Shown in pieces: positions 10,341 to 23,040 of a stretch of DNA of 64,000 nt. Every line of letters begins with the position of its first letter. Within the stretch, counting starts at the first letter, position 1. A program made the position numbers and the translations under genes. This stretch comes from Octopus sinensis (Eukaryota), in the NCBI RefSeq assembly GCF_006345805.1, contig NC_043017.1, forward strand, positions 15,624,001 to 15,688,000. The letters run 5' to 3'. Under the pieces are notes generated by a model, which saw only the letters and a program-made list of their open reading frames with translations, was not told where the DNA came from and made no database searches.

Positions 10341-11374
10341 TATACATATGTATAAATAGCAGCACAGGGTACTGCACACATATAAACATGCAGTACCCCT
10401 TAATCAGTGTGTGTGTATGAAAGAGAAAGAAAGAGATCACACACCCATATATGGGGGACAGGACATATATTACAAAGGCTACTTGATGTGTGTACAAGAT
10501 ATCTGAATCACACACACAGGTTTGTCTTTACAAGGACCAACACTGAGACTACTGTACATAGCAATATTAGCAGAGCTGACATGATGGTGGTGGTGATAAT
10601 GAGTGGTGGTACATTGGTGATGATGGTGGGGGGTGACCACAATGAGGAGTGGCATTGGTGATGGCAAAGTATGATTTAGTGACAATGAACATGGAAAAAA
10701 TAAGAAAGTGTAGTTGTGATATTGGAGGGGGGATAAGAGCGAGAGAGAGAGAGAGAGAGAGAGAGAGGAAGAGTGGTAGTAGAAAATGGGGCCATGGTTG
10801 CTTTATTCTGAAAGAAAAAGCAGCCAAATTGCCCTCAATCAACATACTGCCAGAAGACTGGATCAAGACTGACCTAGGGTAAAACAATGAGGTGATGCTG
10901 ATGATGATGATGATGGTGGTAATAGTATTGTGTAGCTGCAGAAAGTGACAAAGGGATAACTTGCAAAGCCACCCAGTGGTCACTTGTTTGGGTTACAGTG
11001 TGACACTCCTGACATATTCTCTCCACTGTCCACTCTGTTCCTCTACTTTGGTAGACACTCCAGTCTGACACGTAGTGGCCACTTGTCTGGGGTGGTGTGA
11101 CACCTGGATATGTGCTCTCTCTATTTAGCAGTAACCACAGTAAAGATGGGCAAGGTGGACATAACCATAACATGACGGTTAACTGATCCTCTGATGGGTG
11201 GCGTCCATCCCATCAACACAGTATTTGGTTGTCCAGTGAGGCCAATCAGGTGACATCCATTTCTGTGTTGTGAATGTGTGGTCCTTATGCTGGTCTACAC
11301 TGATCAGTGGAAACAGTGCTTGGGTGGTGGTCATGCTTTTGTGTGTGCTGTGTATGCATGTAATATAACTTTAT

Positions 11375-11740
11375 CTTCTACTGGTTTCAGTCATTAGACT
11401 GCAGCCCATGCTGGGGCACTGGCTTGAGGAATTGAATTGATCCTGGTACTTTTTTTTCTTTGTAAGCCTGGAATTTATTCTATTGGTCTCATTTGCTGAA
11501 CAGCTAAGTTACAGGGATGTAAACACACCAACACCGGTTGTCAAGCAGTGTTGGGAGACAAATATAGACACACACATATATAAAAGATGGGCTTCTTTCA
11601 GTTTCTATCTACCAAATCCACTCACAAGGCTTTGGTCAGCCCATGGCTATAGAAGAAGACACTTGCCCAAGATGCCACACAGTGGACCTGAACTGAGGAC
11701 CATGCAGTTGGGAAGTAAGCTTCTTACCACACAACCACAG
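11375..11740 (-). mobile_element. SINE family A, near full length, CpG-decayed
   Basis: Colinear with 38585-38979. Confidence 0.85.
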
Positions 11741-11759
11741 GAAGGTGTAGTTATGGTGT

Positions 11760-11950
11760 ACTATCATCATCCTTTTAAAGTTCACTTTTCCATGCTTGGA
11801 TGGAATTTGTTCTACACCTGGATGCCCTTCCTGTCACCAACCTTCACCTGTTTCCAAATGTTTCCAATGAAGATTGGAAATGAAAGATACTGCTAGCACA
11901 ATGGTGACACTTGTTTACAACTACCAAGCAAAGTCAAGGAGACACTAATA
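11760..11950 (-). mobile_element. Short non-coding element with an RTE-type 3' end
   Basis: CTGGATGCCCTTCC is the reverse complement of the RTE tail motif GGAAGGGCATCCAG at ~1906. It has a (CAT)n terminus. Confidence 0.55.
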
Positions 11951-11964
11951 TAAACACACACATA

Positions 11965-12120
11965 CACTATATACACGATGGGCTTCTTTCTACCCAAATC
12001 TACTCACAAGGCTTTGGTCAGTCCAAACCTAGAGCAGAAGATACTTGCCCAAGGTGTCACGTAGTGGAAATGAACCAGAAATTAAGTAGTTGGGAAGCAA
12101 ACTTCTTAACACACAACCAT
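11965..12120 (-). mobile_element. SINE family A 5' half
   Basis: Homologous to the family A head. Confidence 0.75.
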
Positions 12121-14090
12121 ATCCTCACTTATGTTTTGTGTGTGTCTGTAGGAAAATTATGTTCTGGAGTGTTGTGTACTTGTGTGTGTGTGTGTCTATG
12201 TGTATCACGGTATCAACCCAGACTATCAAATGTTGTTATACATTGCTGGCACAATGCAGTTCACATCATTTTAGTTTTCGAATGATGCCTCTCCACTATC
12301 TTAGGTGAGCAGGTCAACATTCCCCCTGAACGATGTGAAATGAAGTGTTTTGCTCAAAAACACAACAGGCAGCTAGTCTGAGAATCAAACCATGCACACG
12401 CACATACACACATATATATATATATATATATATGCATGTGTGTGTGTGTGTGTGTCTGGGTCTTTGCAAGTGGTTTTTCACGTGATGACATAGAATGAGG
12501 TGATTGAAGTTTGCTGCAGCAACAAACTATGTCTTTCATATGTCCAAAGAGAGGTGGGGAGAATATTTTAAAATTTTTGTTGTGTAAATGCTCAGTAAGT
12601 GTGGTCGGTATACAGCCTGTAGTGGTGTGTAAGGAAGTGCTTTGTGGGCCCAGCTGGATATAATAGAGTTTGTGGTGTATACACCATTGTTACGATTCCT
12701 TTCTCTTGACCAAAATATGCTACCAGCAATGGCCATAAATTTGTACATCATTCGGGTTTTCTTTATTGTCGTCTCCTGTGAATGTTTTGTGTATTAGGGA
12801 AGTGTCGCATGTAACTGCTAACGTTTGTGTGTGTGTTGTTTTGTATGATGATTGGTCGTATCCAATGCCCTCTGCTTTTGCTGCTAAAACAGGGGACAGT
12901 AGGTTTGATTGGTGCTGCTCCAAGTCTGTTGTTATGGAGAAAAGCGTTTCTCAGGAATTACAGCAGGGTCAGTTGTGTAGCAGGCAGTTTCTGGAGAATG
13001 GCAGATCAAGAGGTGAGCTGTGATATCACCCACCAACATGAGCAAATGGAAGGGAGGGGGCTGTGTATATATTCATGGAAACATAGGAAGGTAATCCTGG
13101 TACACATGTAATAGTGTGTGTGAAAATGGATCCCTGCAGTACTCTAGTCAGGATGCAGTAGTTTCTGGAAGCAATGTTCTTGTACACTACATGGCCCCGG
13201 GAGGGGGGGGGTGAACTGAGAAGTAATTTAGTAGTCAATGCTTTGTGTAAAAGTGGATAGCAAAGAAGAATGACGTTTAAAGATTTCATGATGTCCAAGG
13301 TAGTTAGAATGGTAGATGCAGGAGGAGGTGGTGGTGGTGGTGTTCTAGCTGAAGCCATCCTGTAATGTCTGTGTGTGTGTTGGTTTGTTATAGTAGTGTG
13401 ACTGTTAAGTGAAGAATGAGTGGCCTGAATCCATATCATGATTTGGATAGGGAAATGTATGGGGCAAGGTCAAAGACTGGCCAGTCTAGAATATTGGTAT
13501 GCTGACAACATAGAAGGGTGAATGGATTTACTGCATTTGGCTTTGAGAATTGTTAGAATTTAGTCCAGATGGGAAATCTTTCCCATGATGTGGGCCACAT
13601 GAGACACAGCTTGCTCACTCATGAAGCAAGCCACATTACTAAAAAAAAAAACCAAGTTAATTTTTTTTTTGTTTTGTTTAGATGTACCATTGAGAAAGTC
13701 TTGCAGTCTTGGCTGATCTAGATTCTGGGAATAAGACAGTTTGGGCTCAAGTATCCTTAAATGTTAGTGGGTTTAGCAATTCCTTCAGGTATTTCGAGTG
13801 TACATTTGGGATTTTCACTGGCCCCCAAAGCTTTGGACTTTCTAGATTTCCCTATTGGCAGGAATGCACCAAAATAATACGGTTGAGATGGGCAATACAT
13901 ATTCTTTGTTTTGTATTCATATCTTTTGTGAATTGGATTTAATTTTTTTTTTTTAATGGCTTATTTTCAAAGAATAGCTGATGAGGAAGGGTTTAGATTT
14001 GATTGAGACTGCATTGTGGTTGTTACATTAATCTGACCCTGTGGGGTAGGTATGTGTCAGTTTTGTCTTACTGCTAGTGTTATAATTTAG

Positions 14091-14225
14091 GTGGGGTTTA
14101 AAATACATATCCCACAAGGCAACATAAGAAATACAACCCATGGCCCACTAAAAATCGACAGACACCCTCAACACAATAAATTTACAAACAGAAATAAATT
14201 TCAACAAGAAAAACTCAGCAACTTA
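14091..14225 (+). mobile_element. Inverted 5' segment of the same I-group LINE
   Basis: Translates as KIHIPQGNIRN...KLSNLNH, the linker expected just upstream of the minus-strand part. The A/C strand bias flips at ~14090. Confidence 0.5.
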
Positions 14226-14589
14226 AACCATGGCAATAAAATATTAGAGGGTGGTGGTGGTGGTAGTAGCAATGGTGTAATACAATATACAGTATGGTAT
14301 GGGTAGAGGTGGTGTATGAGTGGTGATGTATTGGTGGTGGTGGTGGCAGTGCATTGGTAGTAGTGGTGTTGTGGTTGTTAATATATCTAACATTAGCCAC
14401 AACTCTAAACAGAACGTCAGAGTTGGTGGTAGTGGTAATGGTGATGTAGAGGCGTTCAAGCCCGGATCCAACACAGCACCTGTGACATCTGGGTCCTAAT
14501 AATTTCCGTCGAGGGGCTTCCTTTCGGATCTTCACAAGTCGGATCCAAACACTCACAAAAAAGCAACCCACGGAGCTTTTACAAGTATG

Positions 14590-15250
14590 TAAGATATGAT
14601 TTGAAGGACATTTCGCAGCTATTTCTAGCAGGTTGAGAAACAGGAGCAAAAGCTCTCTGATGTTGTTTAGCCCCAGAACAGCCCTGATCCAGCAGACCTA
14701 TGATCAAAGAAGCTCCAATAGTGACCATCACGTTTTTACTTAAACATAATATACCTAGGACTCTATCATCTAATGTGTCCTTCCATTTTAGCCCCAGGTC
14801 AGTCTCGATCCAGCACATCTATGTAACCATGTTCCAGTCGTGGCCAGCCCGACATAGTGTACCTAGGACTACATTAGCTAGTGCGTCCTCCTTTGTTATT
14901 GTTGTTTAGTCCCAAGTAAATCTGGATCCAACAGACCTATCACCAAAGATTCACCCACGACCATCCCGTCTTTGATTCCAACGTAGCGTATCATCTAACG
15001 TGTCCTTTCTTGTTTAATCTTAGGTCAGTCCTGACCCAGTGGCTCCATGATCAATGGTAATCCAAACATGACCAGCTTGCCTTTTATTGAAACACAGACT
15101 ATCTAGGACTATATTATGTAATGTGTCCTTCCATGTCACCGTTGTTTAGCCCAAGGTATGTCGCGATCCAGCAGCACTGTGATCACAGGTATCTGAACTA
15201 TGACCATCCCGTCAATTATTGTCGTAGTCTAACTAGAACTACATTTTTGT
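14590..15250 (-). repeat. Tandem array of about 5 diverged ~120 bp units of family C (GGGCTAAACAACAAC-tailed repeat)
   Basis: TTTAGCCCCAGGTCAG..GATCCAGCAGACCTATGATCA..GACCATC..CTAGGACTACATTA..GTGTCC recurs. Confidence 0.7.
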
Positions 15251-15735
15251 GTCCAACATTGAAGATGATGATCGTATGTGTAACGAGGGCGATTTGACTG
15301 CTATATCTAACACAGATACAATAGTGAATGGGACCACGAGGAACCTGGTCGAAACGACTCCGAGTTTATTGGTGGTGATGGTCGTGGTGGGGGAGGTGGA
15401 GGTGGTTCTAGAGAAGTAAACAGCTGATAGATAACATAAACACATCGGTAAGAAGGAGGAAGGGGAGGTGAACGTATACAACAGAGTAAGAGAGGAGGGT
15501 GAGAGAGAGAGTGAGAGAGACTGAGAGAGAGGGGGGACAGAGAGATAGGGTAAAAGAGGTGAAAGAGAGGGAGTGAATGCTAGGATGTGAGTAAGGGTGT
15601 GAGAAGAGAGAGGGTGTGCGAGGTGAGTGAGACCAGCAGCACTCGACCAACATGGCATGATAAATAAATAAATAGAGAGAGAGAGAAAGAGAGAGAGAGA
15701 CAATAAGAGAGAGAGAGAGAGAGAGCGAATATAAG

Positions 15736-15789
15736 ATGGAACAACTTGCTTCCAAAATAAGAGACAACATCGAGTGTATTTGCGTCCAG
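15736..15789 (+). CDS. Candidate first coding exon, plus strand (MEQLASKIRDNIECICVQ)
   Basis: aagATGG Kozak context, 18 open codons and a CAG|GTGAGA donor, following a (GA)n run. No homology recognised. Confidence 0.3.
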
Positions 15790-15922
15790 GTGAGAATATG
15801 GCCGTATTTCAGGCGATCTCTTTGGTCTCCTGGTTCAATATCTGCTCCAGTGTACAGCATTAAGGAGACAGGGAGACGGTCAGATGGAAGTTAATCGAGA
15901 CATTTGTAAAAGTCCACATTAC

Positions 15923-15955
15923 CTGATCTTCCTCTTTCTTCGAAGCAGCCATCAT
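15923..15955 (-). CDS. Candidate first coding exon of a minus-strand host gene (MMAASKKEEDQ)
   Basis: ATGATGG start, CAG|GTAATG donor, an adjacent NRF1-type palindrome, and CpG-depleted sequence downstream (leftward). Confidence 0.55.
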
Positions 15956-16732
15956 GTGCTACATTAGTGCGCATGCGCCAACATCCCTAGCCTCTACACC
16001 CGAATTTCGCGCGCTTTTCGCATTGTCTTGTCTGCAGACAATTGCTCGAGCAATTTAAATTAAACACTTATTGTATTCTTTCTACTGTTTTTGGTTCTTG
16101 AAAATCGTCCGAATGGGTTGCGCAGTTTTTTTGTGTTTACTTTAAGAAAAATATCTCCAACTCTTAAACTAAGTGTTCTCCCTCCCCCACTACCACGACG
16201 ACTCGTTACTAAGGGAAAATGGGGGAGGGGGAGCAAAAGCAGGCTTTTCCAGTAACTGTTTTACACCCCTCCGTTGCTGTACATATTTAATTAGGAGAAA
16301 CAAATGGAGATGTGGAGTAGTTTTGGAGGCTGGAAATTTTTTTAAAGACATGAAACTTTATAAAATGTCAACTTTTCCTCCTCTCACGTCCACATAAATC
16401 TCTGTTGATCATTTCAGAGCAACTTTCAATTACTTCCCAGGCAATTTAAACATTGCCTGATAAGTCGAAAGAAAAAGCTGAAACCACACTTTCTATTGAA
16501 AATAGTTGAAAGCATTTTGTTTGAATTAATTTATTTTATTATCATTTCTATTTTAATTATTCATATATTTTTCTTTCATCGTTTATTTTTAGGAAGAAAA
16601 AGAGAGAAAGCTGACCAAAACAGTTACAATTTTTTTTTTAATATACAATAGAAATAATGGCGTGAAACTAAATCAGTGAAATTAATTGTACGTTGCTAGC
16701 TGCAAGCAGTTGAGTGAAATACCAGTCACCAT

Positions 16733-16799
16733 TGAGTCACCGCCAATGAGGGAGAAAGAGATTCTCCTCCCAAAGAGATATGACATGGCGGGGGCGACC
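16733..16799. promoter_or_regulatory. Cluster of AP-1 (TGAGTCA), CCAAT and GC-box-like motifs
   Basis: TGAGTCA 16733-16739, CCAAT 16743-16747 and GGCGGGGGCG ~16787-16796 lie within 70 bp in unique sequence. Short motifs only. Confidence 0.25.
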
Positions 16800-17120
16800 T
16801 ATATTTTAATTCTAGAAGGTTAATGACTAGATGAATATAAAGATGGATGGATGGATTGCAGAGAGAGAGACAGATTAGTATGTGGATCGACATTGAAGCA
16901 TTAGAAGATAGAACGATAGAGTGATCTATAGAGCGGTAAGTAGAGATAGATATGTGGCTATATAGAGCAGCAAGAACGTCGGTAGGTAGAAAGATACAGT
17001 TAAATAGATAGGTAGATAGACAGATAGGTAGATAGATAGACAGACAGATAGATAGGACGTATGGATATTGTTGCATTGAGCGCAATGCGTATGTGTATAA
17101 ATATGCATATTATCTGAAAT

Positions 17121-17151
<31 letters not shown>

Positions 17152-18208
17152 GTTCGTCTATTTGTACTTGTCGTTCACACTCTATCTATCTATCTATATA
17201 TATATATATATATATATAAATAACAATTAGAACCTAAAAGCATATATATGTGTGTAGATAGGTGGATAGATAGAGCAGTAGGTAGATAAAATGGCTACAT
17301 AGAACAGGAAAAGTGAAAGATAGACCGATAGATATATTATAGAGAACAGGAAGAAGATTGATTGACATATATAAATAGTGAGACAGACAAACGTTTTAAA
17401 TATTTACTTATTTGGCAAATAGGTGAAATATAATAGAAATATTAGAGCCCCACTTTGTTTTAAATTTTTTAATGGAGTCGAAAGTAAGAACATTGAATGT
17501 TTTAAATAAACCTGTGAGATTTTCATGTTGGGATATAAATATAATTTGTTACAACCAACAAGTCGACACTTTGAAGCCATCGTTATTAAGATAATTTAAC
17601 CAGGAAGAAATAGCAAGAAAAAAATTACAATAACAAATCAATAATTGCATTCCTTTCGTTTTTTGGGGGGTTTTTTTGTCTTTTTTTCTGTGATGGCAAA
17701 AGGATGGAAAGAGAAACTAGATTGAAGAATTTTTAACATCTACAGGGAAAATATTTTTATGGGGATTTTTTTTTTTTAATCATTATATGGTCTTTAGTTT
17801 GGTTAAAGTTTGTGGCTGGTTGTAAGATTTATTAAATAAATTATAAGTTGCAGTATTCTTTAACTATTAAGAGTGGAATCTAAGTTATGTTTGGCAATTA
17901 TTATTTCTAAATGTCTAGCGAAGTGGTAAAATATGCCGCACTCTTTGAAGACTCGGAATCTGAACTACTTTGGTTCGCTTAAAATAATCTTTTGTCCGTC
18001 TTTTTTTTTTTTATTCTTAAATCGTACAAAAGTAGAAATATTTGCTGTTAAGGTGTCTTCATTTTTAACATAGATTTCTTTAACTATATTAAATATACTT
18101 CTTTATATATAAGGCAAATTTCTTGATATATATCAAATATATTAAATTTAGTAGAATGTATCCTAAAACTGGAAGAAATTCGTATTTTCATGGGTAAGTA
18201 TGTATATA

Positions 18209-18266
<58 letters not shown>

Positions 18267-18316
18267 GTGTGTGTGTATAGTGTATGTGTGTGCGTGCGTG
18301 TATCAATGTATATATT

Positions 18317-18462
18317 GGGAGCCGCTTATTGTGATCATTTCAGACGAAACCGTCTACATAAAAATAGCCGAATGACATCAGGATATAGCAAATATTCTGA
18401 GCGTGTTTGCCAATTACTAATCGTTTAGCAAAGTTTACCGTGATTATAATAAGCGGCTTTCG
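18317..18462. mobile_element. Tc1/pogo-type MITE
   Basis: Inverted repeats AGCCGCTTATTGTGATCA / TGATTATAATAAGCGGCT, in TA-rich flanks. Confidence 0.6.
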
Positions 18463-18766
18463 ATATATATACATACGCAAGAGAAGAGTATTTGATACAA
18501 AATGTAGCGTTAATAATAAAAATGATGATGATGATGATGATGACGATAAAAAATCTCTATTTCTTCTTATCACAATCATCATCATCATCATTATTTCTTT
18601 ATTTGCAACAATGGCGATGGAAATGGAGACATTACAACGCTTCCTTTATTCACAACCAAGAGTTCACAAAAACATAGGACTCAGTAGAGGACAATACAAT
18701 GCGAAGGTTACATAAAGAAGGGTGTAATAAGTAAAAGAAAAAAAAGGAATTTCTAACAATGAATGA

Positions 18767-18810
<44 letters not shown>

Positions 18811-18934
18811 AGTATCAACACCAATAAATAAAAACTGAATCGTGGGGAAAAGCGGAAACGCGAAACTCGGAGTAGCAACTAATCTTTTAGTTTAAAAGGA
18901 AGGGGGGAATTCGAGATATCGACAGACTGACAGA

Positions 18935-19270
<336 letters not shown>

Positions 19271-19639
19271 AGATGGATAAATTATATTTAGCTGACATAT
19301 AAACACACACAATTATACGTATCTAAGTGTACATACTACACACATTAGACACACACACACACACACACAAACCATGTCTGTTTTGAAGAAGACGAAATGT
19401 TATAATGAAGAAGGGAGAAGGATTGTAGTTTTTGATATTAAAAATATTGTATATCGTGGTTTTAGCACAAAATAAGGAAGTATGATTAAGAGATTTAATA
19501 ATAATAATACGTGATGTTCAGGAAGAAAGCGATAGAGGGCGAACAGGCTCAGAAAATGTGTGGTCTTATGTACAAGCTAACATGGCTGCGAGGTACCAGA
19601 TGATGAAGCAATGTTCACATAACTTCGCCAATTGTATGG

Positions 19640-20200
19640 GAGGTGCCTGGAGGTGGTTTGTACGCTTGCTAGAAATAGCAGCGAAATTTACTTCGTATCG
19701 TGTCTTTTTGTCTCAAATAAGGAAAGAACATTTTAGATAATGTTGGTGGAGTATATAACCTAAAACAAGTCGGGATGGTCACGTTTGGAATACTTTTATG
19801 CTTTTGATTTCAAGGATCGTTCTGCTTTGACCTAGGGCTAAACAGCAGCAACAAACTGGGAGCCTTAATATGGCCGCTGGACTTACAAGAAAGAGTAGCT
19901 AAAAGCATCCCTTCTTCAAGATGGTTACGGTTGGAATACCCTTGATTCACAAGGTCTGCTCGTTCAGCCTTGTCCTAGGGTTAAACAACAACAACAAACA
20001 GCTCTTTTAGAGATGGTCGCAGGACTTGCTAGAAATAGCAGCTAAAAATTCCCTCTTGTCTTAAAAAGTAATGAATTGAATAATATTGTACGAAATAAAC
20101 TGTCTGAATAACTGATGTGATGGCCATGGCTGGGACGTCTTTGATTATAGGTTTGCTCCTAAAGAGCTGGCCTGGTGCTGAACAAGCAGAATAGTTTAAG
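19640..20200 (+). repeat. Family C tandem units (about 3), opposite orientation to 14590-15250
   Basis: CTAGAAATAGCAGC...GACCTAGGGCTAAACA(A/G)CA recurs. Other clusters at ~32200-32580, 40170-40400, 40800-41320, 46300-46490 and 51900-52250. Confidence 0.7.
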
Positions 20201-20329
20201 TGGCTTTAAACATCGAATAATGACGTACGAAATACACTGATTAATGAGTGTGATGGTCATATCTGGAACGTCTTCCTAGGAAAATTAAGCATTTATAAAT
20301 ATTAAGTATTTTATCATGATCCCATTTTT

Positions 20330-20470
20330 AGAAATATTAAACCGACCCAAAACTTTATTTGCCCAAATTAAATCCAAGGCTAGTTTGAGCTCGATGGGAT
20401 TTGAACTCCGAACGTGAAGGCTCGTAACTAAATACCGCAATGCATTTTATCCGACGCTCTACCGTTTCTC
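20330..20470 (-). mobile_element. SINE family B, degenerate
   Basis: GGGATTTGAACTCCGAACGT and a head remnant. Confidence 0.6.
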
Positions 20471-22059
20471 TGTATCTCCTACTTGATAGATTAAACAAAT
20501 TATCAGTTTAGCTTCGCTTATAGATTTAATTTCTGTGCGGGTGTGTAACTGACGGAAGATTTTTACACAAAGCAGAGGGAAGGAAATTGGTGTTCCATAA
20601 ATTCCAAATTTACAAAGCTTTCCATTCGTATTTTGGATTCGTTCTAGAAATATATCCCCTGTTTATTTAAATCTTTTGTCCCTTCTTCAACTCCCTCATT
20701 GTTAGATTTTTATTAGGATGGGGTCGTCTTCGATCTTATTCGGTTTGTATTCGTTCGTATCTCATGTCCATGGCTCGTCCACATTCTAACTACATTCTAC
20801 TTTTATTTAGCGCTTCGTTGTGTTAATATTTCTTATATTTTGAGGATGGCTAGTAATTAAAATAGGACTTTTTCAATATTGCTTTGACGTCGATATTTAT
20901 TCCTTAAAATATCATATCCATTTGTTTTACACCGGTCCCCCAACCCCGCCCACCAATATTTTTTTCCTGAACCGCTGTCAATGCGGTCTACAAAACCTTG
21001 TCTTCCGTAGTAAAATCCTTAGCCGTATGTTTCTTCATACCCAATGAGGTGGAGACCCAAACCTCTACTCTACCAACGGATGTCTGCCTATCTACCTGGC
21101 AGATATATCCAAGTGAAAGTTTCATTGTGTTGTTTCCTCATGTCTTTCAGAAAAATTGATGTAGCTTTCATGAATTCTCTTTTTCAAATACCTTGCGTAT
21201 AGTGTAGATTCCGATTATATCGGAATTTAATGTGAAAAAAAAAAACAATTGCTGGACGCGCACACATTACATAATGACACAAATCACATATTTTTTTTCA
21301 AAATTCCCAACTTTTTTTGTAGATATGTGAAGAGTGTCAGTCAGTATATGTGTGCGCCCACTAATGTTTTTGTGTCTTTTTTTAACATTAAATTCCTATA
21401 TAATTTACACCATCTGAAAAGCATTTGTAAAAAAGTTCACTAAAAATATGCATTTTTCTGAAAGTTGTGAGGAAACAAAGTCGGTGGGGCATAGTTGTGT
21501 AGGTATGACAATCTTTGTATCATCATAGCTGCTGTAGCTGGTCCCTAAAGACGTAAATCCATAAACCTCTGCTCTACCAGGAACGTACTCCGATCTAAGT
21601 ATGAGATTATCCATGCAAAGGTTTTTTTTTTTCTCGAAATATAAACTCGCCAGAAATTAAAACTATTCCTCATTCTCAAATTATTTCTCATTCCCCTATA
21701 ATTCAAGACTGTTGATGTCTTCTTTTACGGGCCCAACACAGGACTAACGTATTCCACGTTGAGGTAACAAATGGTTTTATATATCAAGATCTTACAATTT
21801 TCGTTACAGATATTTCGAGGTGAACGGAAATAAAATCACAAGGACAAAAAAATAACTTTTTTTTTTTTAACAATGCTTCATAAAAATCGCCCCTGGTCCT
21901 ATACACAAACTTGGGTCTGCATTACATGCTTTGATGCATTAAAAACAATTTTTTCCAGGATACGCGCTGCTGAAATTGGGGTTCATTTAGTATACCTGTG
22001 CATATTTTGTATCACCAAATACGGTATATAATGAGATTTAATTCTCTCCTAATTACAAA

Positions 22060-22430
22060 GTCAGTTCAAATCCCGCCAGGGTCGACTCTACTCTTCATCC
22101 TTTTGAGATCGATAAAATATGTAGCAGTTGTGCACTGAGATCGATAGAAACGAGTTATCCCCTTCCCCCAAAATTGTGCCTAAAACAGAAACGATTCTTA
22201 ATCAACCCAATTAAGGTGGTGAACCGGCAGAAGCGTCAACACGCCGGACAAAATGCTTAGCGGCATTTTCGTCCGTCTTTATGTTCTCAGTTCAGATTCC
22301 GCCGAGGTTGACTTTGCTTTTCATCCTTTCGGGGTCGGTGAAATAAGTACCAGTTACGCACTGGGGTCGATGGAATCGACTAAACTCCCTTCCCAAAGTT
22401 TCAGGTCTTGTGCTTATAGTAGAAAGGATT
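22060..22430 (+). mobile_element. Two tandem SINE B copies
   Basis: Family B core at ~22085-22130 and ~22310-22355. Confidence 0.85.
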
Positions 22431-22434
22431 ATTT

Positions 22435-22760
22435 CTATTTCAAGTTTAACTTGGAAAGGAAAGTGAGGGTGGAGAAGTGTTGCCTTGTATCAAATTTGTT
22501 GAAAGGTGGGGAAATGGCCAGTGTGAAAGGACCCATTTTGAGCATGCGCCTGTGAAAAATAAAAGAAGGGCTATTGCCCTGTTGACCAGGCACCTGTGAC
22601 TTTTCCACAAGTAGCCTTAAAGAGCCTCCCCTTATTGGGAATTTTTATTTGCTCAATTTTGTTATATATTTTTTTTTACACGCTCTAAAACCCTTTATAT
22701 CGTCCTGTTTTGTCATTTCATGTTGTTTTTATGTAAGCCCTTGTGGCCAATAAAAGAATT
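22435..22760 (+). mobile_element. Tx1/L1-like LINE 3' end
   Basis: Homologous to 54030-54515. Ends AGCCCTTGTGGCCAATAAAAGAA. Confidence 0.75.
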
Positions 22761-22839
22761 TATTACTATTATTGTCAAAATATTTGCCTTTCACCGCTTC
22801 TGCCCCTGTCACATTGTGCGTATCTAGATATTCATTTTA

Positions 22840-23040
22840 ACACTTGTTTCCAAAATAGGTCCAAGGCCTGCGATTTTAGAGGCAGAGAGTAAAGTCGATT
22901 CCACAGATACCAATATTTCACTGGTTTTTGATTTTATTGACCTCCAGGGATATAAAATGCAATGTTGTCTGCTGCGAGGTTTGAACTTAGAACGTAAAAT
23001 GCCGGAAGAAACACCGCATAACATATTGTACGACACACTA
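22840..23040 (-). mobile_element. SINE family B
   Basis: Degenerate core and head. Confidence 0.7.

Larger units (their letters stand above)
10940..14090 (-). mobile_element. Old I-group LINE (RT to C-terminal zinc-knuckle region), heavily decayed and split by later SINEs
   Basis: Remnants in the expected order: KSKAL/GPVKIPNVH, YGFRP, PPPASTILTTLDIMKSLNVI, RVLQGSI, GDITA, AIAGSIFW, PNTVLMGWTPPI, VHLAHLYCGYC. Exact clade not assigned. Confidence 0.65.
15720..16130. promoter_or_regulatory. CpG-rich promoter-like island with NRF1-type site TGCGCATGCGC (15968-15978) and a YY1-like ATGGCTGC over the start codon
   Basis: Motifs read directly from the sequence. CpG density is visibly higher than in 1-14400. 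Confidence 0.55.

Noticed and set aside
15790-15922. Short (61-79 bp) introns on either strand between the two candidate first exons
   Set aside because: The minus version hits a stop after ILNQETKEIA. The plus version has only weak donors. Probably a purine/pyrimidine mirror effect.
21405-21614. 69-aa minus-strand ORF (MDNLILRSEYVPGRAEV..)
   Set aside because: No convincing splice sites or homology. Covered only as part of the local motif duplication.
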